NCBI GenBank assembly: GCA_002269645.1 | Contig: NIVC01000774.1 | Location: 63,387-127,386, forward strand | Source of the DNA: Macrostomum lignano | Lineage: Eukaryota | DNA length: 64,000 bases | Direction: 5' to 3' | Part shown: positions 33,477 through 47,645 of the stretch, in pieces | Numbering within the stretch: the stretch's first letter is position 1 | Layout of the letters: each line of letters starts with the position of its first letter | Notes under the pieces: model-generated | Told to the model about the DNA's origin: nothing | Seen by the model: the letters and a program-made list of their open reading frames with translations, nothing else | Databases searched by the model: none | Translations under genes and position numbers: made by a program

Positions 33477-36400
33477 TGCCTGGGCCTGGAGAGCTCGCAG
33501 CCTATATGGGGGGGGGATTAAGATGGGTGTTACTTTTTATCAACTTATCTACTATTAGTAGGAATAATAGAACAGTATATACCAAGTTTGAGAATATTTG
33601 CTAAGCCTCGAGAGCCGCAGGCGCGTATAGCTTCTCAAGATCAGGGGTTAAATTTATATTTATGCATTAATTTTCGCGTTGAAGGTGTTGAATATCTAAT
33701 AAACTGTCATGATTTTAATCTCTATGGCTTAGGGTTCTGATAACGAATCAAAGTGTTATAGTTAATTCAGTTACCAATGCCCCTCTTGACCATGGCAGGA
33801 AAATGACCAGCCAATACAGTGGTAAATTGAGTGGCAAATTCAGAGAGCAGCTCCGAAGACCTAAGCTGTGATAAAGGCAGCGGTAGAGAGGAAATTGACT
33901 TTAGAAACTGAAGGCGAAGCTGTAGAAAAATAATAACGGCTACTGGGATGAAAGAGCTGGGCAGGCAGGCAAATGAGGGCGGTTTAGTTATCCCACGGCT
34001 ATGCAGAAGAAATCGATGGGATCTTACTACAGCCGCGCAGTTATATATAAAGTTGAAGCTATTTTGTGAATAGGCCGCATAGCAGCTTAGTAAGTAGCAA
34101 GGCTATGCAGGCTACGCTATCCAACATTAGCAATCACTCTGCGCAGCTAAAAGGTGAATGCCCAGCACATATAAATACTGACGGGGCGATTCTCATTTAG
34201 AAGCGTCTCAGTTCGCTTAAACGAGGATTTTAAATGACAGGGATTGGCGGCAAGCCCAGCGTGGGCGCGCACAGACTGATGAGTCATTCAAACAAGCGCT
34301 ATTTGCCATTTTTTGCCTTAAACTGCACAGCAGGAGTCGGCGCGCGTGCGTTCGAGTGTATTTTTTTCCCACTGGTGTCTTGCCTGGACGGGGGAATCAA
34401 AGAAGAGAATTAATTGAAGCGGGCCGGCATACCATAAGGTTCGGTAGATAAAATGCCGCTTTATCAATAGATTTTCCGTGTGCTCGTTTCGCTCTATCCG
34501 CCGTGATGCATTAAGAAGCAACAGCAACACCCCTTGCCAATTGCCAAATAGATGCACTACTGGACTACTGGGCGCACAAACCAACAACAACAACAACAGA
34601 AGGAAACTGTTGCAAACTGATGAAAATGGTTGCCCCCCCCCTCAGTTTACAATTTGCAAAAAAGCAACACGATGCCGGATTGAGGCAAGAGTGCCCGGGC
34701 GTGTCGTCTGGACAGGACTGTGACAGCTGAATTGGACGAAAATGATTAAGCAGTTTGCTTGCATTTTCCCCTTCCAGTCCAATGTGTTTTTTTCTTTTCA
34801 ATTCCTCTTCGCCCGGAACACACTGGCCAATTAATCAGTGTCGTTAGTGCGCGAAAGTGATCAGCTGGGTAATTGGCCCTGGCCCGAATAGAGACCAAGC
34901 GAGTGGGCGTATTGAGTTACGCAGCGCGGTACGCAGAAGCAACTGTGTGTGTTTTTTTGCAGACTTGAGCGGCACTGAATTGAACAATTGGCTCTGGCAA
35001 GAGAAAGCAAACAGACTGGCTTCCAAAGCATTGATTTGATGCCAATGCTAGTTCTAGTTAGTGCATATAGTTAGTTGCAAATAAATTCGCCTTCCGGATC
35101 CAAGCTCATCACAATGGCACTAACAAGGCCTTTCAGTGCAGCACGGCGCTAAAAAAGTGCCTCAGCTGCCGTAGAAAACCGATTATCTCATTTCTGGCAT
35201 CGGAGAGAATTATTGTCCCCATTGTGTTTTCATAGGAAGCCTAGCAACTGCACGCTTCCGTTCAATGCTGTGTGAGCGCATTTTATACATTATTTCTCCC
35301 ATTCACAGTGAGCTGTGATGCGAACCAAGCCTGGGAGATGATTGGATATTAAGGAGAGGCAAAGCAAGCGGGGAAGCTTGTTGATGGCATTGCGAGATAG
35401 GAGCAAAGGGTTGGAGAGACTCAATAGCGAACAAGTCAATCTCATTAAGCCAAATAATGAAGCTAAATATAATATATGGTTGCCAAGAGGATACTGGGGG
35501 AGTACGTATTGAATAAAATATTAATTGTAGATTCTAACCAACGATGACGAAGCTGTGAACTGCTCGTGATTTAAACTTTCTCAGGCTCCCCTGGGCGGAA
35601 GTTCGCACCACCATATTGCGGAAAAGAGCATTGGTGAATTATATTTTAACAAAAATCTGACCTGACCAGCGGAACACAACTTTGTATTAGTGCAGCAGAG
35701 TTGGCTTTCACAAGGGCAGCTGTGTATTGCTAATGATTTAATCGCTACAGTCAATATTCACTTTAATATCCAAAGCTTTGCCGCCTGTGCTAATATGCAT
35801 GCAACTGATCAGTATCAAAAAGCAGCGGTCGGATGCGAACAATTGAAGCAAACAGAAAAACACAACGGTCAAGAGTTGTCAGTAAAAGCAGTAGATTGGT
35901 ATCTAAATAACATTTTACAGTTTTATAAAAGTGCACTGTGCCATCCAAAAAAGTCTATCAATTGATTTGCCCTGCTCTTATATGATTAACACAATTAGTC
36001 AGTATAGAGTATGTAGCTATGTGTAATTAGTGCTGCTAGACATTGTGGCCCTGTTACCACAGCCCCAGCCAGGGAAACTACAGCTCAGCGAAATAGACTG
36101 GTATGGATATGGGAATTTAAAAAAAGACAGCCAAACTCGGTCCATGCAAACGAGATGCGGAAGGGAAAGCGTGGTGGCTCATTTCTGGGTTCAGCAGTCG
36201 CCGTGGGAATTGGGTTAGATGAGAGCAGGGCGAGGGAATGAGAGTGGGGGGGTAAGAGGGAAAACACTAGCAGCATGAGCAGGCTTTGGGAGGGGGAGGG
36301 CGGCGGTTGAAGAAGGCGAATAAAGCGGGGACTCTGCGTCTGCAGGCTCCCCCCCCCATGCCGAAATCCCCACACGGCGTCGCCTCGGCCGCAGCAGCAG

Positions 36401-38472
36401 CAGACAGACGCGCGCACCATACAGAGAAAAAAGTAGTATGCACTTTTCTATTGCAGCCAGTCAGCATTTTGTGGAGGCCTTCGGATTATCCGTCAGCGCA
36501 GCACAGCCAGCCCTGAGGCCCAACCTCCAAACCTTATCAAGTCATCACGCTTCTATCCTGCCTGGCTGAGAGAGGCTGCACACAGCGAGAGAGATGGAGA
36601 GACCTGGTAGCCTACCCCCCCCCCGCCCTACTCAGCGGCGTACAATTGAATTTCGCGCTGTCACAATTCCGGAGTCAGTACAGAGGCAAATATTCCCAGA
36701 TCATCTAACTCCTAACCGGCTCTCAACTCTGCTTCCATCCCCAAACCCCGGTATAAACTGTCAGTCAATGATCGGGCAGGCTATAGGACCAACCTGTTGA
36801 CCAAGCAACAATGCCCCAACGGTCCGCTTCCAACTCAGCCAAATGGCGCCTGTCATAACAGAAATGGTAGGGGAGCGGGGGAGTTAAAAAACTAAGGCAA
36901 GAAGGCGTCAGTGGGAAAATGGATTAGCTAGCATTTCAAACTGACGCTGGACAGCTCTATACAGTAGATGGCAGCATGATGGACACATGCGGAGTCTGGC
37001 TGTACTGGCGAGGCTGGACACGAAAAAATCCAATAGCTGTACTTAACCCAGTGGTATAATGTTTCTGCAATTGCTGTTTTGAGATTGCTTCTCTATGCAC
37101 TTGGCTAGATCAGCTGGCCTGAAGCCATTGGCAAGCTGAAAGGCTCAACATCAGCACTAAGCGGATGTCGGCTTGCGATAAGGAAAAGAGAGGGACAGAC
37201 GGATTCTTCGCATCTATTCTGAAAATAAAAAATTCCCTCAAAAAATTGTTGATGCACAAAATATGCCGATTTTAAATAAGCCAGCCTACGTAAGAGCTTT
37301 CGAAATCGGCCTTAGATACAAAAACGCAGGAAAAATAAAATCGAAACACATGCGACTGGGAAGGGGGGGGACAGGCTGCAGTCAAAGGCGCGGACGATTT
37401 GAATAGAGAGGCAAAGGCAAGGCAGAGAATTAAAAAGCAATCAGAATTTTCTGACTCACTTGAATAAAGCCGAACCCAGCTGCGCCACAATTGACTGAAT
37501 ATTAAACTGTGACTTCCCATGCGCGTTTCTCCCGCCTCTCCCAAATAGGCCTTTTTCGTATGCACTGGATGTCGAACTCCGATTTCGGGACAAGCCCAGG
37601 GAGAATGACAGAAGAAGAAAATAATCTCTATGTTTTGGCAAGCGGATAAAAACTCTGCTTGCTGCAAAAACTTGCTGTGTGCGCAAGCAGTTCAGCATTG
37701 AATAACAGAAATTCGGTACAACTGCTTGACGCCTGCCGGGAGGTGGGTGGGCCGAAAGCCACTCTCAAACCAGTGATTAAGAAACCTCCAGCAAGCAGCC
37801 TCTCTACAGCTATAGCTATGCACTCAATACTGGATAGCAAAAGGAAACGCTAAATTGGCGGACAAAAGCCGGAAAATACGTTAAAAAATGTTTCATTCAG
37901 CCAAGAGAAGCGAGGGCAGCAAAGCTAGGCGTTTGTTTGGGAACAGAATTTTTCTTTTTAGAACCCTTTGCGTAGAAAAGAAATGTTTTTATAATGATAA
38001 GAGGAAATTGCAAATCTATGTGACACTGTCTGATGATAAAATAGCAAGAGTTTCTATAAGCTTTCCGACTGCCCAAACGGTGACAATATTTCATAAATCA
38101 TAGTTACTAGTACATAAAAATAAGGTTGGGCTATGGACATAGCTTTAAGAGCCATGCTATCTTAGCCTTATATAAGCCAAATTTGAAAATGCATGACTGA
38201 GCGAGGACTTCGTAAGTCACTTCCTAATCTTGATTAAGTCCTTGTGGCTGAGTCTGCTTGTCCTAGACTGAAATAGCATGGCTTTAGACATAAAAATTTA
38301 GTACTAGATTTTAATGCTCCAGAAGTATTTTTATGGCCACACCTTTTATTTATCGGACTTAAAAAACACAAAAAGGTTAGCTCGGTTGGTTGTCCCTAGG
38401 CTGAGATATATTGACCAAACCTATATTATAAGATTCTTGACTTCCGTGTACCCTACCCTATGGCGGCATTTG

Positions 38473-39176
38473 GTATGGCAGGAGGTGGCGAATTCTAGGA
38501 AAGGATGCCCGGAACGGGAAGTGGTCGAACTCGTACAGGATATGGCAGGAAGTGGCAAATTCTAGGAAAGGATGCCCGGAACGGGAAGTGGTTGAACTCG
38601 TACAGGATATGGCAGGAAGTGGCAAATTCTAGGAAAGGATGCCCGGAAGTGGTCGAACTCGTACAGGATATGGCAGGAGGTGGCAAATTCTAGGAAAGGA
38701 TGCCCGGAACGGGAAGTGGTTGAACTCGTACAGGATATGGCAGGAAGTGGCAAATTCTAGGAAAGGATGCCCGGAACGGGAAGTGGTTGAACTCGTACAG
38801 GATATGGCAGGAAGTGGCAAATTCTAGGAAAGGATGCCCGGAAGTGGTCGAACTCGTACAGGATATGGCAGGAGGTGGCAAATTCTAGGAAAGGATGCCC
38901 GGAACGGGAAGTGGTTGAACTCGTACAGGATATGGCAGGAAGTGGCAAATTCTAGGAAAGGATGCCCGGAACGGGAAGTGGTTGAACTCGTACAGGATAT
39001 GGCAGGAAGTGGCAAATTCTAGGAAAGGATGCCCGGAAGTGGTCGAACTCGTACAGGATATGGCAGGAGGTGGCAAATTCTAGGAAAGGATGCCCGGAAG
39101 TGGTCGAACTCGTACAGGATATGGCAGGAAGTGGCAAATTCTAGGAAAGGATGCCCGGAACGGGAAGTGGTCGAAA
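38473..39176. repeat. 67/61-bp satellite with 195-bp higher-order periodicity
   Basis: Unit GGCAGGAAGTGGCAAATTCTAGGAAAGGATGCCCGGAACGGGAAGTGGTTGAACTCGTACAGGATAT (67 bp); the variant lacks ACGGGA (61 bp). The 67+67+61 pattern recurs (identical ORFs at 38629 and 38824). Confidence 0.93.
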
Positions 39177-42100
39177 GCGTCGAAAGAATTGCAGAAGATG
39201 GTAGATAGTAGATATAATAACAGAACTAATAGGCGACGACAGTGGAGAAATCTAAGAACTATTAGACGGCAATAGTGCACTACTAATGCAGCAGGAATAC
39301 AGACAACAGATGTCAGGCGGAAGACAGTAGTAAGAATCAGTGAAGTACAACAAAGCCATACGGAATGCAGGATTAGAACAGTTGATGGTGATAAAAAAAT
39401 GGCGCGCCAGCAGAGGGAGGAGTAGAAAAAATGATGTAGGAAAAGTGGAGAAAAGGCCAGCCGATGCTTTATGGCCCTTTAAGCCAGGTCAGTCGGACTG
39501 CGCATGGCCTGCTCCTGTCTGCCATGCAACGCAAGCTTGTCGTGCGCACACACGGACAGACAGAGAGAAGGCGTAGCCCACGCAGCAGCGACCGTCAGGA
39601 GCCGCAGACAGACTAAAAGTGAAGAAGCGAAGAAGATCGCAAATAAGAGGGGGGGGGGATCAGGGGAGTTGGAGAGCACAGAGAGGCAGCTATGCACATG
39701 GGATCGGTGATTCTACTAAGACATTGAAAAAAAATTGCCAGTTATAATGCTACCACGTACGCACTGAGCGTAGTGCAGCTGAACCGTTGCTAAAATTATA
39801 TTACTTTAGTAAGCCAACTGGGGTAGTCATAAATATTGTTGCCAGGTTGTTAATCCATACCGCACTACCGGTATTTTACAATCTTCAGCTAAGCTGAACA
39901 ACAATGGCAAAGATTTTTTCATCCAACGAGCTTCTTAATAGCTTCGAGTGCGATACATTATTAGCAGGCTGATTGACACCTGCTGATGGAGTGAAATATA
40001 TTTGGTGACCTGAGACGCAATCAATTGATGTCAATGCGAAGCTTAAAAGCATTTTTATTATAGACCATGATGAAAACAAAGCCAACCCTTATCAAAACGG
40101 AGAGCCTTGAAATACTCTATTGCTAGGAGCGCTAGCATCTGGATCAAACAAGCTCAATAGACCAAGAAACGAACATTCCTCCGCACTCACTTGTCAGCGC
40201 CTCATTATGCAGAGATCGCTGTGATTTATGCGCCCAGCCTACTGACAGCAATAAGAAATTGAAACGCGCAGCAGAATTGGCCTCGACGTTGCGGAATCGC
40301 GGCAGTAAAAACAGGATGAGGAAGAGGAGGGGAACGGGAAAGGCGAAAGAACAGCAGAGTCGAGTGGGGAGAGAGTTATCAAATACGGAGCTGAAAAAGC
40401 ACGCCGGGAGAAAATAGTATTGAAAGGGAGGGAGGATTGAGGAGAGAGGGTGGAGCGAGAGAAAAGGAGGAAGGGAAGGAGTGAGCGCGAGCATAGCAAG
40501 CGCAGGGCGATGCATATATGGGATTTCTTGGCCCGATGCCAAAAAATGCTCGACAGGCAGACCGGATAAGCGCATTGAATTCTAGCATTTAGTGTGGCAG
40601 AGAAGCTGCAGCAGATTACAGATAGCTACTCACTTTAGTTGAGCACCGTCTCCAAACGGAATAAACAGTTAGATGTCAATTAGAATACGCGGAACCGATA
40701 TGTTTATCAGTAAACAATGACCTTAGTGTTCAGTATAAGCAGTTTGCATCACAGACTTGTGCCAACCTCTGTCGCGGCTGCTTTACATAAATGAATTTTT
40801 AAAGTGTCAGAAGCCGCAGGTTTTTTAATTGTGTAAATCTAACTAACGAGTTTCGAGATCCGCTCAATTCCGCAAAGAAACGTTAATGCCGAGAGAAGAC
40901 AGTCAAGCCAGCTGTTGCACGTGTTAAGAAGCGCACAGTAGAGGACGCAGATTTAACACAATAAATAGACAGGGCAGTACTATTATTGCAGTGGGTTAGC
41001 AGGGCGCAGTAGCCTTACGCTACGCTTTATAAGCGCCCTTATATGCGCTATCTCATTCGGAATGGGAAGGCACCAAGAGAGTCTGTTCTTCCTGACTGGC
41101 TGCGGGGTGGAGACCAGGCGAATGCACAGGCCCCGGGATTGGGCGAATCGCCTGGACTGAGCAAGTAGAAGCTGGGAGAGAGAACTGGGAGAGGGCGGGA
41201 GGGGGAGAGAAATTCACAGGAGAGAATTCAGGCCAGAATGGCCAAAATTAGCCAGAGCGGAATGCCCCGAAGCGAAGAAGCCAATGACGATATGCCGGGA
41301 GAGTCTAAAAATAGCCTTCGGATTTAGTGGACTATATGCACTGTGGTGGCCCCTGTAGCCACTGACTGGGAGGGGGAATTCCAAAGCAGCACGAAATAAC
41401 AAGCTGATTTTAATCGGATTGAATCTTTAAGATTCGTGAAAGAAATCGGAATTACAGTGCCTAGTTACGGGGACGATCTCATGCACACTATAGCGCAGGA
41501 CTATCCTGATTATCCCTCTGTGACTTTGTGAGGAAGGTACTCACTCAGGGTGTAGGTTTGCAGATTAGATTTTCTAATACATAAGATAGAGTACAATGCC
41601 TTTCAGGACACTGTCTATTAGCAACATTTTTCGACGCACAAAAGACAGCAAGAAACCGCTTGTTTCACATAGCGACTATACATCCTATGCAGCAAGCGGG
41701 AGGCGAGTAGTTCAAACAAGGACACGGTTGAGCATCTAACACTAACACGCCCATTAGCTGATAGTCCATTCACTGGCTTTCCCCATGTTTTACCTGCTAA
41801 AACGATGCCATTACCGCAAGAATAGCATAAGATGCTTCATAAATCCCAATACAGGTCCCGAACAGAACCGTAGAAAGGCACGAACTTTTGCAGAAAGGAC
41901 TCAAATTTCTTAATAAATAATTCACAGCTCAAGCTCAACTATTGCGCAGCTTATTAGATTTATAATTCTAATGCACAACCCATATCAAATCCATGTTTGT
42001 GAAGATAAAAAAACAGCAAAACGAACCAGTGTTTTAGGTTGCTATGCGTAGTTGCCATGCAATCCATAATTTGCACTTTGTATTTTATGAATATATTATT

Positions 42101-44492
42101 GAGTTCCATATTGACACAGACAGGTAGAATTATCTCACGCCTTTCATTTTTTTAACTTTATTCCTTCCCCTTTTCCGAAAGTAAAATTGTAAACGTGCGC
42201 GACGTGAAAGGCAGAGAGAATTTGCGATAGTGCTGGATTCAGACCTCAATCGGAAAGTGGAATAGGAAGCTTCAACTTTTTGACGCGACATTCCCGGCTT
42301 GTGCCACGCAGTGGAAACCCTAGTGTCTGACAATTGTCAGTCCCTCACACCGTTCAGTTGGCGAGTGGGAGAAAAAAGTGAAAGGAAATTAGCTCTTCTC
42401 GCTCACACTCCCACTCAACTCTGCTGCATTTCCTACGCGTGAATTTTCGACCGGCTCCTTAACACGCCGCAGCCCTCCTAACCCACAAATCCCCGATGAC
42501 TCATCCCGGCTCACAAAATGCCGGCCTGACCCAATATCGCCTCGGGTTGTCGCGATCTCCCCAACACAGTAGGTTACAAGCAAGAAGGCAAGACTGAACT
42601 GTCATTCAAAATCGAATTCGATTCGAGATTGCATTGCAATAGCTCGCATAGGCTAACGGAAAAATGCAAAAAAGCAGCTGACCAGCACCCGAAGCGAATG
42701 CGGCTTACGATTCAACTTCAAAGAGGCGAACTTTCCAGAGCGGAAACGCAGCTGATTCAACAAGGAGGTTGAACCAATCCCTACTCTGCAGACTATTAGC
42801 TCATTCATGCAGTTTACACGCACAGGTGTGGCCACAGACCCGATGCAGCAGCAGCAGCTGTTTAAGCATTACTGGCCTTCCGGGCGTCAAAAATGCTATG
42901 CGTACATTTGAACCCGCCAGAACCAACTGCTACCAGGACTGTGTGAGAAAGTTCTACTTGGCTTGGTTAGAAACTAGTAGTAATAGCGTATTACTCGGCA
43001 GTATACGCGGTGTAAGCACTGGTATAATAAACTTGGCATCGTTTGTTCACCACAGGAACAACAAAAACTGACACAATAAATTCAAGCCGTACCATCCGAC
43101 CCCTAGTTGACTTCGTATAAAACAGATAGAAAGAAAAATGTCAAGGGCCGTGACCCGAAGCCACTCTAGATAGGCTCTAGCAGATGCCGATGTCCTCATT
43201 TTCAAACGACTTTTTTCTAAAAGAAAAGGTAAAAAAACGGCTACGGTGGTCATTCGAGCGAGACGACGCGGCAAAGTCCCGGGATTCCAAAAGCCTTCGC
43301 TCAAAGCTGCCACTCCGCCGGGCGTGCCAGCCCTTTCAGTTCAGCTTGAAGAATTTTTTTTCGGTCCGAATGCCACCCAAAGAGAATTTTTCTCGGCTCG
43401 AAAATCTAGTCTAGCAACCCACTAAGCAACAGGCACGCAAGCTTATTACTGGGCGGGCTCGGCCCCACCAGCCCGTGCGCAGTGCAGACAGCGCAGCGCG
43501 GTCTAAGCATTTTAAAACTCGGAAAATGTTTACGTTTCCAGCAGGCCTGGATGAGAGGAAAGTGGAGCTTCAACTTCCAGTAGGCAGCAGGTACCATTGC
43601 TGCTTCACAAAGCTGAGAGCTGAAGCGGAGGCTTTGGAAATCCTTCTCGAGTGCAGCCAAGAGGAAAGGAAAACTGATTTGAAATCTCCGCCTCTTGAAC
43701 TGTCTCTCCGCCTTGGTGTCGGGTCTTAGCGATGTCAATCGAACAAAAACTCCGTGTGTGACGCAAAGTTTTCGTTACGTAATCAAGCACAAGGATTAGC
43801 GATTTGTATGCAGAAGGCAGCGGAAACTCGGAATTGAATTGTCAAGGATGCCAAGGTTCCTAGTAGTCCCATTTTCAGCTGCCGAAACAGCTGACAGAAG
43901 TGGCGAGTTATGCAGAAAATTAGTGAAATTGAAATGACGTTCGGCTGTAATCTCCCGCCTTCCAGCTAGGAAGCTTTTTGCTGGAATAAGAAGAGCCATC
44001 CTTGCAGACAGAATCCCCGACAGCACGGGATAATCTAATTTAATCAAAACTTTCCACTTTTTGATAATGAAAAACCTATTAATCAAACTACCTACAAAGA
44101 TTGATGATAATACAAGATGCATTAGGCGCATTGGATGGGCTAGCTAGCATGTTGGGTTTGCATGTAACTGAATTTCAATAAATCAAATGCATTCAAAAGC
44201 TGACAGTAAACATTGCAGCAGAGCATAGAATTATCTGCTCTGCCGAATGTGGAATAATAACATGTTTGGCATTAACACTAAGCCAGCCAGTCTATAGAAG
44301 TAGACAAGTTGACAATCATAGTCGCGAGTATAACGAATAAGCAGGCTGGTTAATGTGCGAATAAATTTTTGTTGGTCAAAACCATAAAAGAAATAGAGGA
44401 CTATTGAAATGAATCAAATATCTTCTATGCAAGCTATCAGACTGAAAGTTAAAATCAAAATAGATAGCTGGCTCGCAGTTCCTTATGGTGAT

Positions 44493-45176
44493 CAAGGACG
44501 ACTTAAGTAGAAGGACGGGAAACCGCGTTTCTTAGAAAATTTTTGAAGGCACTTTTTCCCGAAAAAATACACTACGGAGATAGGAAGTTTTCATTTTTTC
44601 AGCACAAAAATTGTTATTGCGTTTGATAGGAGGCAGATCCAGTGTTCATCTTTTGATATGTTGTGCCTTTTTTATTGCTCTATCGATATTTATAAAGCTT
44701 TTCGTTCAGAAAATTAGGATTCTATGTTAATTTTTTATTCTACGTATATTTCCTGTATCTAAAAATAACAAAAATGCATGACACAGCTCCAATATTTGGT
44801 TTTATGAACCTATTTTATCATCTGTTACAAATATTTGCTACACAGTCGGGTAAGAATGATAAAATAGACTAGGCATTCTAATAGGCATTCTAATGTATTT
44901 CAAGCACATGACACGCGAAAATATACGTAGAATAAAAAATTAACATATAATCCTAATTTTCTGAACGAAAAGCTTTATAAATATCGATAGAGCAATAAAA
45001 AAGGCACAACATATCAAAAGATGAACACTGGATCTGCCTCCTATCAAACGCAATAACAATTTTTGTGCTGAAAAAATGAAAACTTCCTATCTCCGTAGTG
45101 TATTTTTTGGGGAAAAGTGCCTTCAAAACTTTTCTAAGAAACGAGGTTTCCCGTCCTTCTACTTAAGTCGTCCTTG
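44493..45176. mobile_element. Non-autonomous DNA transposon (MITE/foldback) with ~260-bp TIRs and 8-bp TSD ATGGTGAT
   Basis: Left arm CAAGGACGACTTAAGTAG... (44493-~44752) is the near-perfect reverse complement of ~44917-45176 (...CTACTTAAGTCGTCCTTG). ATGGTGAT at 44485-44492 and 45177-45184. An 8-bp TSD suggests the hAT or P superfamily. Confidence 0.9.
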
Positions 45177-47342
45177 ATGGTGATATGGTGATAAAGAGAA
45201 TATCCAGTCATTAAATATCGCTATTTCGAATAATACTGCTCATATAATATATACAAACTTACAAATATCCTTACTCATAGAATACTACTATATACAGCTT
45301 GTCCTCAGCGCGACCTCAGCAGCAGGAGAGCAAGGCCAAAGCAAAGTAAGCCAATGGGAGATTGATTGCGCAATCAGTGTGAGGAAACTATTCACTGCTG
45401 CATTCCTCGAATTTCCTGCAGCACACCGCAGCGCCGGCTACCCTCAAGGCAAAAGAGCAATCGAGCTACAAGCATACCCTAGAGATGCGACTTCTGCCGG
45501 GAAGATTAGCACGAAGAGCAGGAGAACTGACATCAGGAAGTGACCAAATATATTCGACTAGTCCTAGTCTTATTCGGATTATTCGCTGCGCTGCTTCTGG
45601 GAAGAATTTTGAGACTATTCCCTGCATAAACATGCAGATCCAGAAGTGTGTAACGACCTGTATAAGATTATCTTTACATCTTCTCGAAATTTCACCTGAG
45701 GACTGTCCCTATATACAATCATACCCTGTCTGTCCTTACATTCTTTTCTAACTGAGTTTCTCTCTGGAACAGCATTTTCGATACATATCGTCAAATCCAA
45801 GACGACTAATGAAATTCATAAGAAAAACGGAGTCCATATATTGCTTATAATATGTATTCGTGCCTGCAGAACATTTGTTGGCAATCTCTTATTTTTGCAC
45901 CTGGCCGCTTGGCACACACAGCTACTAATCTGTATAATATACACAGTAAGCATGTTGGAGAATCAGTACAGTTTGGCAGTCTGCCAAAAAGAGGCGGGGC
46001 CGGGGGCGAGGCGCTGCATAAACGGTTTCAAAGGTTTCTATTACATCTATACTAGGTAATAGAAGGTGGCTAAGCTCTCCACCGTGCTGTGCATAGAGCC
46101 GGCATATTTGAGAGTCACTCACTTCCAAATATAGCAATAAATTTTCTTTTCATTCATTATTGGCAAAGAAATGTATCAAATAATCAGTTTATACGGCTAG
46201 TTTTTAGCTATATAATAAAGTGCACAGAGTTAGCGGTCGCCATAAAGCTAAGCCAATCTACCACACGCGCCTGACAATAAAAGGTCTTAATGAATTTTCC
46301 AGCGGCCAGATAGATATTAAAGCCGAAATAAAAATGTCAAACAAACGGATAGAAACCATAAATGACTTGGGGAGTCGCAGGCTTCACACTGGGCCGGCAC
46401 GAAAATTCCTCTAGTAAAACTCGACTGAAGGCAAACACACCTCGAGATTGATGAAGCGAAAAAAATCTCATCAATCTAAGGAAGCCCCGTCAACTTTCGA
46501 GTTGTTCGAATCGATCTAATGCGTAAAATGATGACCCCGAGACTGACCTCTTAAGCCTATAGTTATTGACCGAGCTGTCAGAATTTGGAGATTCCATTTT
46601 TTACCTTATCTGACCTCCACTCACACCCTAAAGCAGCGTTTTTCTCTCAGGTGAAGATTCAATTCGCCGCAAACATCGACCCCAAACAGAATATCTGCAG
46701 TAGCTGAAGACGCAATACGCGGCAGGTGCAAAAAGTCTAGCGAGGGAATAATAAAAAGAATTAATTAGCAAGCTAGCCAGCAATTAAATCTAAGAAGCTG
46801 AATATTTAGGCTCACCCAACGGCATAAACCCATGCATTGAGTGGTCATAGAATTGTTTCGCGCTAAGCGCCCCCAGCTTTTTTTGTAAAGCAAGAGCCAA
46901 TAAAGCCAAGGGAGAATATTCTGCAAGACTAGAAGGAACAAATTGTAAGCCGGATAATCCCAACTATGGGAATCCATCTATAACATTATATACTCTTCAT
47001 TCAGAATCCCACCGCTGCGTAAGACATATATTTGGCATCGGGGCGTATTTCAAGTCAGATAAATCCCGGCGCAGTTGGGGGTTGGAAACACAAACATTGC
47101 GCGGCAGGTGCTTGGAATAGCCGCAACAGGCAGGCAGATAAAAACAGGCAAGCTGGCTGTTGCATATAAAACTGCAAAGAAAAATCCCTAGGCAGATATT
47201 GGGAGAACTGCATAGAGAGAAAATCTGGGTCAAGCCAGGTCAAATCACGCGGATGGGAAAGATTAATTTTAATTTCTAATATACTCAGCAACAGCTAAAC
47301 TTCCCCCCAACTGAGCAATGTTTTTATTGCTTGCTTTTTATT

Positions 47343-47645
47343 CCTAGTAGGTTAGAGCGTCGGACTCACGACTTGAAGGTCGGGGGTTCGATTCTCGACC
47401 CACTCGGAACAATTTGTGTCCTTGATCAAAAGACACTCAACACTGCATTTCTTCAGTTCACCCAGCTGTAAAATGGGTGCCAGCATTAGCTGGGGTAATT
47501 GAGGATGTGTGTGGCGACCCCCCAGTCCTTGGACTGAACAGCCGTACGCAGCCTTCAGATGCGCCGCGCAATAGCTGCGGCTGAGCTTTCGGTTGCACAT
47601 CTGCCGATTGGGGCAGGTGTAATCAGTTATTAATATTAATATTAT
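47343..47645 (+). mobile_element. CORE-type tRNA SINE (family 1), second copy
   Basis: GGTTAGAGCGTCGG...GGTTCGATTCTC head; GTGTCCTTGATCAAAAGACACTCAAC...CCAGCTGTAAAATGGG core; AT-rich tail. Collinear with the reverse complement of 11489-11790. Confidence 0.85.
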
